Shown: positions 1 through 8,864 of the stretch, in pieces
Position numbering within the stretch: position 1 is the first letter of the stretch
How the letters are laid out: every line of letters starts with the position of its first letter
Source of the DNA: Gammaproteobacteria bacterium
GTDB taxonomy: Bacteria; Pseudomonadota; Gammaproteobacteria; GCA-001735895
NCBI GenBank assembly: GCA_050298595.1
Contig: JBNKUM010000097.1
Coordinates: forward strand, 1-17,662
Direction of reading: 5' to 3'
DNA: 17,662 bases
Made by a program: the position numbers and the translations under genes
The notes under the pieces: generated by a model
Told to the model about the DNA's origin: nothing
The model's database searches: none
What the model saw: only the letters and a program-made list of their open reading frames with translations

Positions 1-147
1 ATTGCCTGCGAACTGCGCCTTATCTTGGGAAATTTGGGGGCTTCTATAATCTACATACAGTTTAGGACAGCACACTAGATGAGCCGGTAACTTCATCCAT
101 CGCTGTGTAGTCCTGATTTCCCATTTATGCGCTCACGATACAGGTCA

Positions 148-446
148 TTAAATCTGGAATCCGCAGTTGGACGAGTTGAACTGTGCGTTTGTGGTGGTGT
201 AAATCAAGGCGTGACGACGCGGAATAGCGGGCTATACCAAGGAGTTACGAGGCTTCTGCTTCCGCGTTCTGCTTACGCCCCTTACCTATGTCCCAATAGG
301 CAAAGCAGAGATACGCCGCCTTAAACATGCAATTCAGCTCGTAGCGGGATGCAGCTGCTGGGTGAAAAGATAAATCGAGTTTAATGGTTTACGAAACAGT
401 AGGTTACCCTCTAATGCGAGCGGTCAACTGCGGAATCTAGGTTAAA
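148..446. mobile_element. Putative MITE-like element bounded by imperfect 22-bp inverted repeats
   Basis: TTAAATCTGGAATCCGCAGTTG (148-169) vs the reverse complement of CAACTGCGGAATCTAGGTTAAA (425-446): 18/22 identical. Internal hairpin GGAATAGC-GG-GCTATACC (221-238). No convincing ORF inside. Confidence 0.4.
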
Positions 447-576
447 GCCCAGTACCCAGGCATCCCTATAATCGCTGGAGGTGCCGGTTTTAACCGCAGA
501 CCAGGAGTCTGTCGGATTTAGTTTGAGCAAAATAAATTAAACGCCTGTAGCGTTATTGGGTTCACGCTCCTATGCA

Positions 577-1036
577 TATATGGCCCCACTCCGTCTTACC
601 ACTCGAGTGACGCAACACTGCTCTAGCACCGTGGATATACAAGGTTCTGAGATAGGCGTTGCCCCGTTTTCTGATGCCTAATAAGGTGTTCTTCCCTCCA
701 GTGGAATGCTGCCCTGGTACCACGCCAACCAGGCTGAAAAATGTCGGCCATTGACAAAATCTTTTCCATCGCCTGCTGCTACATAAGTCGCTGTTACGGT
801 GAGGGAGCCTATGCCCAGAATTTCATCCAGGCGCCGACAGAGTTCATTGCCCTGATTAATCTGCTTAACCGTTGTTCGCATGTTTCGAAATGCTGGTTTA
901 GCGCCTGTAATTCTTCATAAAGTTGGTAAACAATTCACGTGCTAAGGAGGTTAATCCATTCTCAGCATCTTTCAGAATATCCGGTAAACTCTGACTCACC
1001 GCTCGTATAACACTTAAAGTGGGGTTCATACTAATA
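577..1036 (-). mobile_element. Internally deleted IS110-family (IS1111-group) insertion sequence remnant
   Basis: Transposase fragment flanked by IS1111-style subterminal IR candidates. ATGGCCCCACTCC at 580-592 reads GGAGTGGGGCCAT-ATA on the minus strand, a typical right end. AGTGGGGTTCAT at 1018-1029 has reverse complement ATGAACCCCACT. Confidence 0.6.
592..1002 (-). pseudogene. IS110-family transposase, central/C-terminal fragment, frameshifted
   Basis: Across about three frameshifts it reads LPDILKDAENGLTSLARELF / QLYEELQALNQHFETCEQR / ELCRRLDEILGIG..GDGKDFVNGRHFSAWL / VVPGQHSTGGKNTLLGIRKRGNAYLRTLYIHGARAVL, the IS110 Transposase_20 signature. The N-terminal DEDD RuvC domain is absent. Confidence 0.9.
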
Positions 1037-2189
1037 TCCATGCATTCGCGAAATAACAGTATCCATGCTGAAAGCCTATGGTGAAGAAAAAATTCAATAA
1101 TTGATTCAACATATCATTAGCTTATGTCAGAAATTAGCAGTCAAAAGCGAAATCCAGAGTTACGGCCTGGCTAAGCTTCCACCTCATAGAAGTCTGAGTA
1201 TTTACTTACCCCAGGCTTTTTTGAAGGATTATCAAACAGCAAATCCCCTCCCCAAAAAAAAGCAGTTGAATATGTCACAAAATTTTTTCCTCAACACGGG
1301 TTTATAGGGTAACTATAAAGTAGAGATTGAGGGTATTTAGAAGTTGTTTATCACTCTGTGTTAGTAAGAATCTTTTAAAGGTGGACTGTGTGAATTTGAT
1401 GTATATGATGCACCGGTTAAGGTTTTTTACTTACGGAAATATCAAGCTCTGGCTGCCATACTAAAGCGCGATTTGATGTGACTTAAGCCCACCCCCCAGT
1501 TTACAGGAAAACTACTATCTGACTTCGATTACTGATCATAGGGGTCAGGTTGGTTCACCTTCAAAAATAGATATAACCAGAGCTGATTTTTAAAGGTTAT
1601 CCGCGTTAACAGGTCTGCTTATGATTTGTGTGGAAAGTCTCAAAATTATTTTTTGCTATTTTGTATTGCAGATTAACTTTATGAAATTGTATTGATTTTT
1701 TTAATGTCATGTATTTTATTTCGGGTTTTGCAAAGGTCTTTCTGCGCTAAATATTGAGTTAAAGAATGTTTTTTGCAGGCTTAAAAAAGGGTCTCATGTT
1801 TACCGCTGATCAATGGTTGTTGATCTGCTTTTAATAAAAGGGGGCTGAAAGTTGTTTGCGCATAAAAGCATTCATTTTTGAGTTGATATTGGCGATGAAT
1901 TGGTGTGTATGAAAGAACCTCGGGCAATAAATGGAAAACAGGTTTTGATGAGTATATTTTTTAAATGGGGGCGGTGCGATGTGCATCTGTGTATTTATCG
2001 AAAATGTTTTGGTATCGGTAATTATTGACCTAATTAACCATACTTGAAGAAAAAAGATAGGGTGTATAGCATAAATGCTCAGTTGAAGTGGGCAACTTTT
2101 TAAAAATATGGCGAAAAAAGCTCATCAGGAATTAGAATCCTGAAAGTGCTTTAGAGGGGGTGCTTTAAAAATATTGTTCTGCGTGACAG

Positions 2190-3562
2190 GTGCGATCAGG
2201 CCTGTTTATGCGCAAAATCAGTTGGAGTGTTCAAATGATTTATCGTAGTCAACAGTCATCGCCTCTCATTATCTATTTGAGTATGGTGTTTCTACTGACT
2301 TTAATATTAACTGGCTGTAACTCTGATGATGGCTCATCCAGGAATCCAGACCCACACCTAGTACTACCGGTACCGAATAACAATCAGCAACCCATCGCCA
2401 GGATTACTGGATCCCTAGCCTACTCAGCAGGTCAGACGGTCACCTTGAACGGTAGTAGCTCATCTGACCCTGACGGCGATATACTCAACTACAATTGGAT
2501 TCGGATAGAGGGGCCAGCCATCACGCCTCTGGGTGGCACGACTACTACCCTTAGCTTTGTCGCGCCGTCGGTCTCACAGACCACACAATTCACCTATAAA
2601 TTAACGGTGGGGGATGGTCAACTCAACAGTACCACCACTGCGAGCATCCAGATCTCACCATTAGCGCCGAATACGCTACCCAATCAACAGCCGAGCGCCA
2701 GGATCACAGCGCCTCTGAGCTCCACATCAGGTAAGACGATCATTCTGGATGGCAGTAGCTCATCTGACCCCGATGACGACATGCTAAGCTACCTATGGAC
2801 GCAGAAGGAAGGTCCGCACATCATGCTTTTGAATAGCACAAGCCCTACGCTCACTTTTGAGGCGCCATCGGTAACAGAAGTAACGCCGGTCACTTTTGAA
2901 TTGAACGTGAATGATGACGAGTCCTCCAACTCCATCAGTGCGAGCATTTTGATCACCCCGTTGCTGGATACTACTTCACCATCGATCATATCAAGGTCAC
3001 CTCAAGTTGATCAGAGCGGTGTGCCACCCATGTCAGAGATCAGTGTCATCTTCGATGAAGCTCTGCTTGCAAGCAGCGTTGATAGTCAAAGCCTGTTGGC
3101 CAGCCTAAACGGCAGTCCGGTTGCTGGCGAGGTTAGTTATGACAGGACCAATTACTTCATCACCAACAAGCCGACATCGGCCCTCACTCCCGGCGCTACC
3201 TGCACAGTTACACTTAGCAACTCCCTTATGGATCTCGCTGATAACACCTTCGCCGGTGATAGCTGGAGTTTTTCTACGGATTCTTTGTCCCCGGTCTGCG
3301 CCACTTCAGTAGAGAACAATAGCCTGACGCTGAGCTGTCCCTCCGGGCAAGTCGCTAAGGAAGTTGTATTCGCCAGCTATGGTACACCGAGCGGTTCCTG
3401 CGGTCCGTTTACCACGGGCTCATGAAAGGCCAGTAATGCGCTGTTGGTGGTCTCTGACGCCTAAAAGGCAAGAATAGTTGCACAGTGAATGCCGGCAACA
3501 ATGACAGCTTCGGTGCCCCTTGCTATGGTACGGCCAAGAAGCTGGCTGTACAGGTGGCCTGT
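2190..3562 (+). pseudogene. Surface lipoprotein (2x PKD/REJ-like + SbsA-type Ig-like Big_5 + SUEL/Gal_Lectin domain), C-terminus disrupted; ORF open 2190-3425, true start possibly 2208 or 2235
   Basis: Lipobox LTGC (Cys 2316-2318). Two repeats with L(N/D)GSSSSDPD(G/D)DxLxYxW. Big_5-like DTTSPSIISRSP...ISVIFDE...DLADN. The lectin domain is broken by TGA 3423-3425, TAA 3462-3464 and a frameshift, then continues GKNSCTVNA..FGAPCYGTAKKLAVQVAC. Confidence 0.8.
2382..2965 (+). repeat. Tandem PKD/REJ-like domain repeats, 300-bp period
   Basis: NQQPIARIT starts at 2382 and NQQPSARIT at 2682. The DNA AGTAGCTCATCTGACCC occurs in both copies. Confidence 0.85.
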
Positions 3563-3632
3563 GGTATGGCAACAGATACCAACCCAGATCCAACTCAAGA
3601 GCAACACCAAACCCAAATCCAACACTCTGCTG

Positions 3633-3779
3633 GCTGGCGAGCCGGTGGAGCCGAATGGTCTCAGCGGCACTTTGACCATCGCGCTGACCGATAAGATCGG
3701 TCGAGACAACCGTTACCAGGGAACCCTTGAATACGTGGGCGAACACTACGCCCGCTTTAAGGGAGCAGGCGAGTACTTT
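3633..3779 (+). pseudogene. Fragment of a DUF5060/DUF4038-type carbohydrate-associated protein
   Basis: GLSGTLTIALTDKIGRDNRYQGTLEYVGEHYARFKGAGEYF resembles the recalled segment G.SG.F.I..TDK.GRD.R..G.L.YVG.H.LRF..TGEYF. Confidence 0.55.
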
Positions 3780-3884
3780 ATCCTGGAGTCCGCAGCAGCC
3801 GCTGGCATGCGCACGGGTTTGGTCACCACTACCTATATCAATCATGCAACGCCGGCCGCCTTTGCCTCCCACATCTCCAGCCGG
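3780..3884 (+). pseudogene. Internal fragment of an alkaline phosphatase (PhoA family)
   Basis: ILESAAAAGMRTGLVTTTYINHATPAAFASHISSR matches the PhoA motif LE.A...G..TGLV.T..(I/V).HATPAAF.SH..SR. Only about 35 codons remain. Confidence 0.8.
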
Positions 3885-4151
3885 GACAGATATAATTTGA
3901 AATGCTGTCGCAGGTCGCTGAATGCATTACCGGTGCCTATGGCAAAATCTACTGTATCAATTGATTGATGGTCGTTACCAAAATGGCGAACAATCTGCCG
4001 CACGCATTGGACGCGTGAGGAGGCATAGATACCTGGCCAGTCGTTATTAATAAGACGAAATTGATTACTGCTTTTTTACAAAATCCTGGGTTAATATGGC
4101 TGTTTTTAATCCAGCTGGATTTATTAATGTTAGTTTTTGTGAGCTATCTCA

Positions 4152-5120
4152 GTGGAAATTTCAGTGCCAGATAATTCTCATGATACCTCTGTCATTAAGG
4201 GCATAGGCGTGTCTTTGCTGGGTTATGTCATCTTTTCATCGCATGATGCTCTGGTGAAGGTGCTGAGTGATTACTCGGTGTTCCAGATTATTTTCTTTGC
4301 CATGTTGTTTGCTTATGTGCCTTTTTCTTTAGCGCGGATTTTCGAGGGCAGTGCAATTTCCCTGCATCCTAAAAATCCGGGTCTGGTGTTTTTACGTGCT
4401 CTGTTGATGGCGGGGAGCGTTTCTTTTGCTTTCCTTGCATTTTCAATGTTACCTATGGTTCAGGTGTATGTGCTTTTGTTTACCACTCCTGTGCTGATAT
4501 CGTTGTTGGCAATACCCTTGCTGGATGAGAAAATTCATGCTACACGAGGCATCAGTATTTTGCTGGGGTTTATTGGGGTCATAGTTGTGTTGCGCCCGGC
4601 AGCTGAAAATCTGGAATTAGGCCATTTATTCGGTTTTACGGCGGCTTTGTGTAATTCTCTGGCTTCCATTATTTCGCGTAAAATCGGCAATCTGGAAAAC
4701 TCGGCGATTCTTATCCTGAGTCCTTTGTTGCTGAGTATTTTACTAAGCGGTGGAATATTATATTTTGTTTATACGCCCATGCCGATTGGTGATCTGAGCC
4801 TGATGTTCTTGATTGGTGTGCTCGCGTTATTAGGGCAGCTATTTATTTTAACAGGGTATCGCTGTGCTCCTGCGGCTGTGGTAGCGCCTATGCAATACAG
4901 TCAAATTATATGGGCGATTTTATTCGGCTGGCTGTTTTTTAATGAGTCGGTTGATCAGGTTGCTGTGATTGGATTGGTGATTACTGTTTTTTCAGGGGTG
5001 ATGATTGTCTGGCGTGAAAGTGTTGTCTCGATTAAACAACCCGTATTGCATACGCGTAATATGCGTAGTGTTGCTTCAGGACCAATGCCTACGTCTGAGT
5101 CGGATGAGCAGAGCGAGTGA
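4152..5120 (+). CDS. DMT/EamA family transporter
   Basis: About 10 hydrophobic segments in two EamA repeats. Motifs LLDEKI...GFIGVIVVLRP and APAAVVAPMQYSQIIWAILFGWLFFNE. Start may be the GTG at 4164. Confidence 0.93.
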   Translation: MEISVPDNSHDTSVIKGIGVSLLGYVIFSSHDALVKVLSDYSVFQIIFFAMLFAYVPFSLARIFEGSAISLHPKNPGLVFLRALLMAGSVSFAFLAFSMLPMVQVYVLLFTTPVLISLLAIPLLDEKIHATRGISILLGFIGVIVVLRPAAENLELGHLFGFTAALCNSLASIISRKIGNLENSAILILSPLLLSILLSGGILYFVYTPMPIGDLSLMFLIGVLALLGQLFILTGYRCAPAAVVAPMQYSQIIWAILFGWLFFNESVDQVAVIGLVITVFSGVMIVWRESVVSIKQPVLHTRNMRSVASGPMPTSESDEQSE

Positions 5121-5129
5121 TCAGGTTAC

Positions 5130-5160
5130 GAAAATAGGAAAACATAGTTTCCCTATTTTC
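5130..5160. terminator. Probable bidirectional intrinsic terminator
   Basis: GAAAATAGGAAAAC-ATA-GTTTCCCTATTTTC: 14-bp stem with one mismatch, between the convergent DMT and HU genes. Confidence 0.65.
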
Positions 5161-5184
5161 TTTATTTCCAATAACTTGAAATGA

Positions 5185-5523
5185 CTATAAAGTCATATCC
5201 TTAAGACGTTTTAAAGGTGCTACCTTAACAACAGTTGAAGCTGGGCGTGCTGCCACATCCATGGTTTCACCAGGTTTAAAAGGGTTAGGTACGTTTTTCT
5301 GGGCTTTGCGAGCTGGTTTTTTAACTGTTTTGATCTTCATCAGTCCAGGCAGGGTGAATTGCCCGCAACTACGCTTTTTGATGTGGCCTTCAATGATATC
5401 GCTTAATCCATCTAATACAGCAGTAACGTCTTTACGAGCTAATCCGGTAGACTCCATTAGTGACTGGATAGTTTGTGTTTTGGTGTAAGCAGTTTGAATT
5501 GCTTTGATTTTTTTCTCGGCCAT
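5185..5523 (-). CDS. HU/IHF-family DNA-binding protein (112 aa)
   Basis: YTKTQTIQSLMESTGLARKDV...FTLPGLMKIKTVKKPARK...NPFKPGETMDVAARPASTVVKVAPLKRLKD. The ATG at 5523 with upstream AAGGT is preferred over the ORF-track start at 5595. Confidence 0.92.
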   Translation of the reverse strand: MAEKKIKAIQTAYTKTQTIQSLMESTGLARKDVTAVLDGLSDIIEGHIKKRSCGQFTLPGLMKIKTVKKPARKAQKNVPNPFKPGETMDVAARPASTVVKVAPLKRLKDMTL

Positions 5524-5877
5524 TAAAATTACCTTTTGAGTTGATAAATGGGGTAACAGTAAAAGTGTTACCAGAATAAAGTGTGCATTATCCACGAAAC
5601 ATAGAGAAATCCAAGTCTATAAGCAATTTGTTAAAGACTATCGGTGTTCTTATAAGTAGAAAGTCAAAATTGTCGAGGCTAATTTACATCGATATTGTAT
5701 CCGGTGGAGGGGGCGTACAAACGTAGTGTACATCTTTAGAGCAGGGTTCTGCACAGCATGTTTCAGGAGGAATGAGTTAACCTCTGTTATGCCTCCAAAT
5801 CATGACTGCTTTATCCTTCATGGTTAATTCTGCTGCAGGCGTGCTAGAATCAGTACAAACACAATGGGATTAATGCT

Positions 5878-6237
5878 ATGACTGATAACAGGCGATTCCA
5901 ACGAATTCACTTCGACTGCACGGTTGAATTTGAAACTGAAGGGTTTAGCGAGGTTTGCGATCTTCATGATATTTCATTCAAAGGTGCTCTAATCGGTAAT
6001 TGTTCTAGCACCACCCTGGAGCCAGGTACCGCCTGTCGGTTAATTCTAACTCTCGATGAATCATCTGACGTAAAGATTGTTATGGATGGCAGCGTTGCAT
6101 ATAAATTAGAAAACCGGGTGGGTATTCACTGCCAGAGCATAGACATAGACAGCATGACCCATCTGCGTAAACTGGTTGAACTCAATCTGGGTGATGAAGA
6201 GCTGTTGCATCGAGAGCTGGAAGCATTATTGCCTTAA
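5878..6237 (+). CDS. Stand-alone PilZ domain protein (c-di-GMP receptor)
   Basis: RRFQR (RxxxR) and DISFKG (D/NxSxxG) motifs. C-terminal IDIDSMTHLRKLVELNLGDEELLHREL. Confidence 0.93.
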   Translation: MTDNRRFQRIHFDCTVEFETEGFSEVCDLHDISFKGALIGNCSSTTLEPGTACRLILTLDESSDVKIVMDGSVAYKLENRVGIHCQSIDIDSMTHLRKLVELNLGDEELLHRELEALLP

Positions 6238-6248
6238 GATAGCAATTC

Positions 6249-6815
6249 TCACAGCGCAAATACCCGCTGATAGAATGCCAGCTCTCTTTCCAGTGCGTAA
6301 GCAATATTATTCACATCACTAAATCCATGATCCTGGTTCGGGTAGATCTCTAAATCTGACGGTATGCCTTTTTCACCCAGAGCCTGATGCATGACCTGCG
6401 CCTGATTTGTTGCGAATGCAAAAAGGCGCTGCGCTGCCGGATCAAATTGCAGGTCGGCATTACGAGTAGTTTCTGATTCTGGGGTTATAGGAGTGAGCTA
6501 GTCTGTTTTCAGGTTTAACAGGTACAGGTCTTGGTCAGTTTCATTACAGAAAAAAAGCGAGTTATCCTAGACTGTATAAGCACTGCCATTGTATTCATGT
6601 ACGCGGCTTTTGACGCTAAAACCTGCGGGCAATATTTCACGAATTTGACACTGATTATATTGCATTTTGGTGATCCGGCCAGCCTGTTCGGGTTGAGACT
6701 GTGACCAGTAGCTGGTGGATTGATCAAGCTGAAGCTGCGACAGGGCACCCGATTGTGCAGCTGCATTGTGGCTACTAATTTTGTCGGCATCTCTGCCTTC
6801 AACGGTAGTGATCAC
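6249..6815 (-). pseudogene. S9 (prolyl oligopeptidase / dipeptidyl-aminopeptidase) family peptidase relic
   Basis: A single 189-codon frame with two internal TAG stops. N-terminal GFSVKSRVHEYNGSA, LFFCNETDQDLY and RNADLQFD are joined directly to C-terminal NQAQVMHQALGEKGIP..IYPNQDHGFSDVNNIAYALERELAFYQRVF. The GxSxG region is missing. Confidence 0.88.
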
Positions 6816-6821
6816 CCTCTA

Positions 6822-7535
6822 TCAAACCTCTGTAACATCTTTTTGACCATCGCCACGACTATAAGGGAGATAGTGTTCAATCAATCGTTGCCTGTAATTT
6901 TCGTAATCAGTAGAGGTTGCCCTGAAGCTGGCGTCCTGTAAAACTGCCTGATACCAGGATTGATAACGTACGCCGTTTTCTATATTTTCAGTCAGTTCAA
7001 AATCTCGGTAATGCCCCAGTAGTTCATCTATGCGATAAGCAAAAGGGATGAATGATATATCTACAGCAGCCATAGTGGATCCTGTAAAAAATGGGCCTTC
7101 CTGATGCATGGCACTGGTGATTTGCTGTATCCCTGAGATCAGCTTTTCTCGCGACTCATCTCGATAGTCACCGGGGGCTTTAGCCTGTAAAAAGCGATAC
7201 AGGTAAGGGACGATACTGTTGTTGATATGATCCATCCAGTACCTTTGTTCTGCTCGTTGATTAGCTTCTGCGGGAAAAACTGGATTTACCTCAGGCAATA
7301 AATCTTCCAGAAATTCAATAGTGCGATTGGATTCGACAATCGTGGTATCGCCGGGGCTACTGCGGTTAGGGTTAACAATAACCGGTACCAGAGCGCTGTT
7401 GCGAGAAACCTGTAGCCACCAGTCACTTTTATCATAAGGGTCAACCTCGATGTATTCAAAATCAACTTGTTTATGCAGCAAAGTGATCCAGCTTCTTTGA
7501 GCAAATGGACAGTACCAGGCAGAATAGAATTTCAT
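6822..7535 (-). CDS. Glutathione S-transferase, omega-like
   Basis: YSAWYCPFAQR active-site motif, LVPVI (cis-Pro), IVESNRTIEFLED and C-terminal GPFFTG..MAAVDISFIPF. Confidence 0.92.
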   Translation of the reverse strand: MKFYSAWYCPFAQRSWITLLHKQVDFEYIEVDPYDKSDWWLQVSRNSALVPVIVNPNRSSPGDTTIVESNRTIEFLEDLLPEVNPVFPAEANQRAEQRYWMDHINNSIVPYLYRFLQAKAPGDYRDESREKLISGIQQITSAMHQEGPFFTGSTMAAVDISFIPFAYRIDELLGHYRDFELTENIENGVRYQSWYQAVLQDASFRATSTDYENYRQRLIEHYLPYSRGDGQKDVTEV

Positions 7536-7816
7536 GGGTTAATTCCAGTAATTGGGTGACATTCGTTTTTGGAGAACTGATCTTCAATATCAATCATACG
7601 TGGATCACAGAAAAATTATAGTTGATCATTGCTGTATGATCCTATGACCAACTAAAGAACAATACTACTTAATGATTTGCTCTGGTTATCGTAGGAACCC
7701 AACCAAAACAGATCTTCAGAAGTTAAAAGATTGAAAATCGCTATTTCTGGATTTACCAGACTCATTTATTATAGCGGTCATTCAGGAGGTAGATGTGCTT
7801 GGCAGCGAATGTCCCA

Positions 7817-7981
7817 GGCTGTGTGAAAACTATTTCCAAATTTTCAAAGTGGATATTTGGGCCTGTCTTCAAACAATTTCCAATGATTTGTGGTAATTAA
7901 GCTCTTGATAATCCAGATAAATTGGCCTTTAGTGGGAATTAATTTTGGTGTGGTTAGTTTGGAGCGAGTTTGCACACAGCC
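7817..7981. mobile_element. 165-bp MITE with IS1182-type terminal inverted repeats
   Basis: GGCTGTGTGAAAACT (7817-7831) and AGTTTGCACACAGCC (7967-7981) are 14/15 complementary. The interior is AT-rich and non-coding. Confidence 0.7.
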
Positions 7982-8062
7982 AGGACCCAATCCGAATATT
8001 TAACGGAATGGCAGTACAGTGCCAGCCACAGTAGTTTCCGGAAACACACGGAGATTTTCCTT

Positions 8063-8369
8063 GCGTCTGAACTAGCCATTTTTCAGGATCGCTATATATG
8101 TGCTCATATTCTATTTCCCAATCGCTTAAATCTTTCTCTGAAATTGATTGGCACTAGAATGCATCGTTGATAGTGAAATTTCCCTCGACAAACTGCTTCG
8201 CGAAATCCACCTGATCCTGAAGGGGGAGATTTTCCTTCAGGTGGGAATTTCCATAACCGTGTAAGTCTGGACACATTACTTTTATTTCAGGTAGAAGCTC
8301 CTCTGGGTTGAAAAAACTTAACCAACCAGGTAATCCATGAATTAATATTAAATTTTCATTTTTGCACAT
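8063..8369 (-). pseudogene. Alpha/beta hydrolase relic (cassette-like)
   Basis: LILIHGL and PDLHGYGNS motifs, then a jump to VEGNFTINDAF*(TAG)CQSISEKDLSDWEIEY..DPEKWL. The nucleophile-elbow segment is absent. RBS-like AAGGAC before the ATG. Confidence 0.75.
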
Positions 8370-8387
8370 GATTGTCCTTATTAATTG

Positions 8388-8454
8388 GTATAATGCCCAG
8401 GCTCAGCAGGAGTGCGAGCGCAGAAAGTGATTCCTGTGGAGCAGATGGTTTGGC
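8388..8454 (-). other. Degenerate integron attC recombination site (67 bp)
   Basis: On the minus strand directly after the stop codon: R'' GCCAAAC - CATCT - L'' GCTCCAC - AGGAATCACTTTCTGCGCTCGCACTCCT - L' GCTGAGC - CTGGGC - R' ATTATAC (GTT mutated to ATT). Spacing and the extra L'' base fit attC architecture. Confidence 0.72.
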
Positions 8455-8862
8455 CTATATGTCATAGGAAAAATGCCACCGAACATTTTCCTTTACAAGG
8501 ACCTCAAGTACTTCTCTATACTGCTCTAAATCAGCTAGACAGTGATGCTTAGTGGTTTCACTTAAGCTATGATAATTTTTCACAAGTTCAATATATTTTT
8601 CAATTAACTCCAGTCCCTCCTTAGGATTGAACCACTGTTCTTTATAGGTTGCTTCTATTTGTTCTTTTGATGCGGTTGAGCTAATCATGAACTCCAGCAT
8701 TTCTTCCATCGTTTGGCTTACATATTCATCAAGACGTGCTAAATCGTGGTCTTCTCCAATAGCTGAGATGTTATCAAAATGGAATATCATGTTTTTACCA
8801 TCAACTGCTATATCATCAGCAGAGGTTGGTGATTCACAGGTAATATATACGGCAGCGCTCAT
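8455..8862 (-). CDS. Hypothetical acidic protein, gene-cassette ORF (135 aa)
   Basis: Uninterrupted AT-rich ORF with protein-like composition (EQWFNPKEGL...DLEQYREVL...RWHFSYDI). The stop abuts the attC R'' box. Confidence 0.8.
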   Translation of the reverse strand: MSAAVYITCESPTSADDIAVDGKNMIFHFDNISAIGEDHDLARLDEYVSQTMEEMLEFMISSTASKEQIEATYKEQWFNPKEGLELIEKYIELVKNYHSLSETTKHHCLADLEQYREVLEVLVKENVRWHFSYDI

Positions 8863-8864
8863 TC

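Noticed and set aside
127-324. 65-aa ORF
   Set aside because: Overlaps the MITE-like repeat and has no recognisable motif or RBS.
447-576. Bridge/seek RNA of the IS110 element (small hairpin near 497-511)
   Set aside because: It lies outside the apparent right-end IR, so it is flanking DNA unless the end call is wrong.
1101-1307. 68-aa ORF
   Set aside because: TTG start, no recognisable motif, and it runs through homopolymer tracts.
2060-2190. c-di-GMP riboswitch upstream of the surface lipoprotein
   Set aside because: The conserved GEMM elements could not be located. Only one short hairpin is present.
3423-3425. TGA at a conserved Cys position as selenocysteine recoding
   Set aside because: A TAA and a frameshift follow 13 codons later and no SECIS-like hairpin is evident. 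Ordinary decay is simpler.
2789-3872. Short overlapping ORFs 2789-2989, 3121-3312, 3420-3872 and 3461-3709
   Set aside because: Antisense or off-frame shadows of the lipoprotein locus.
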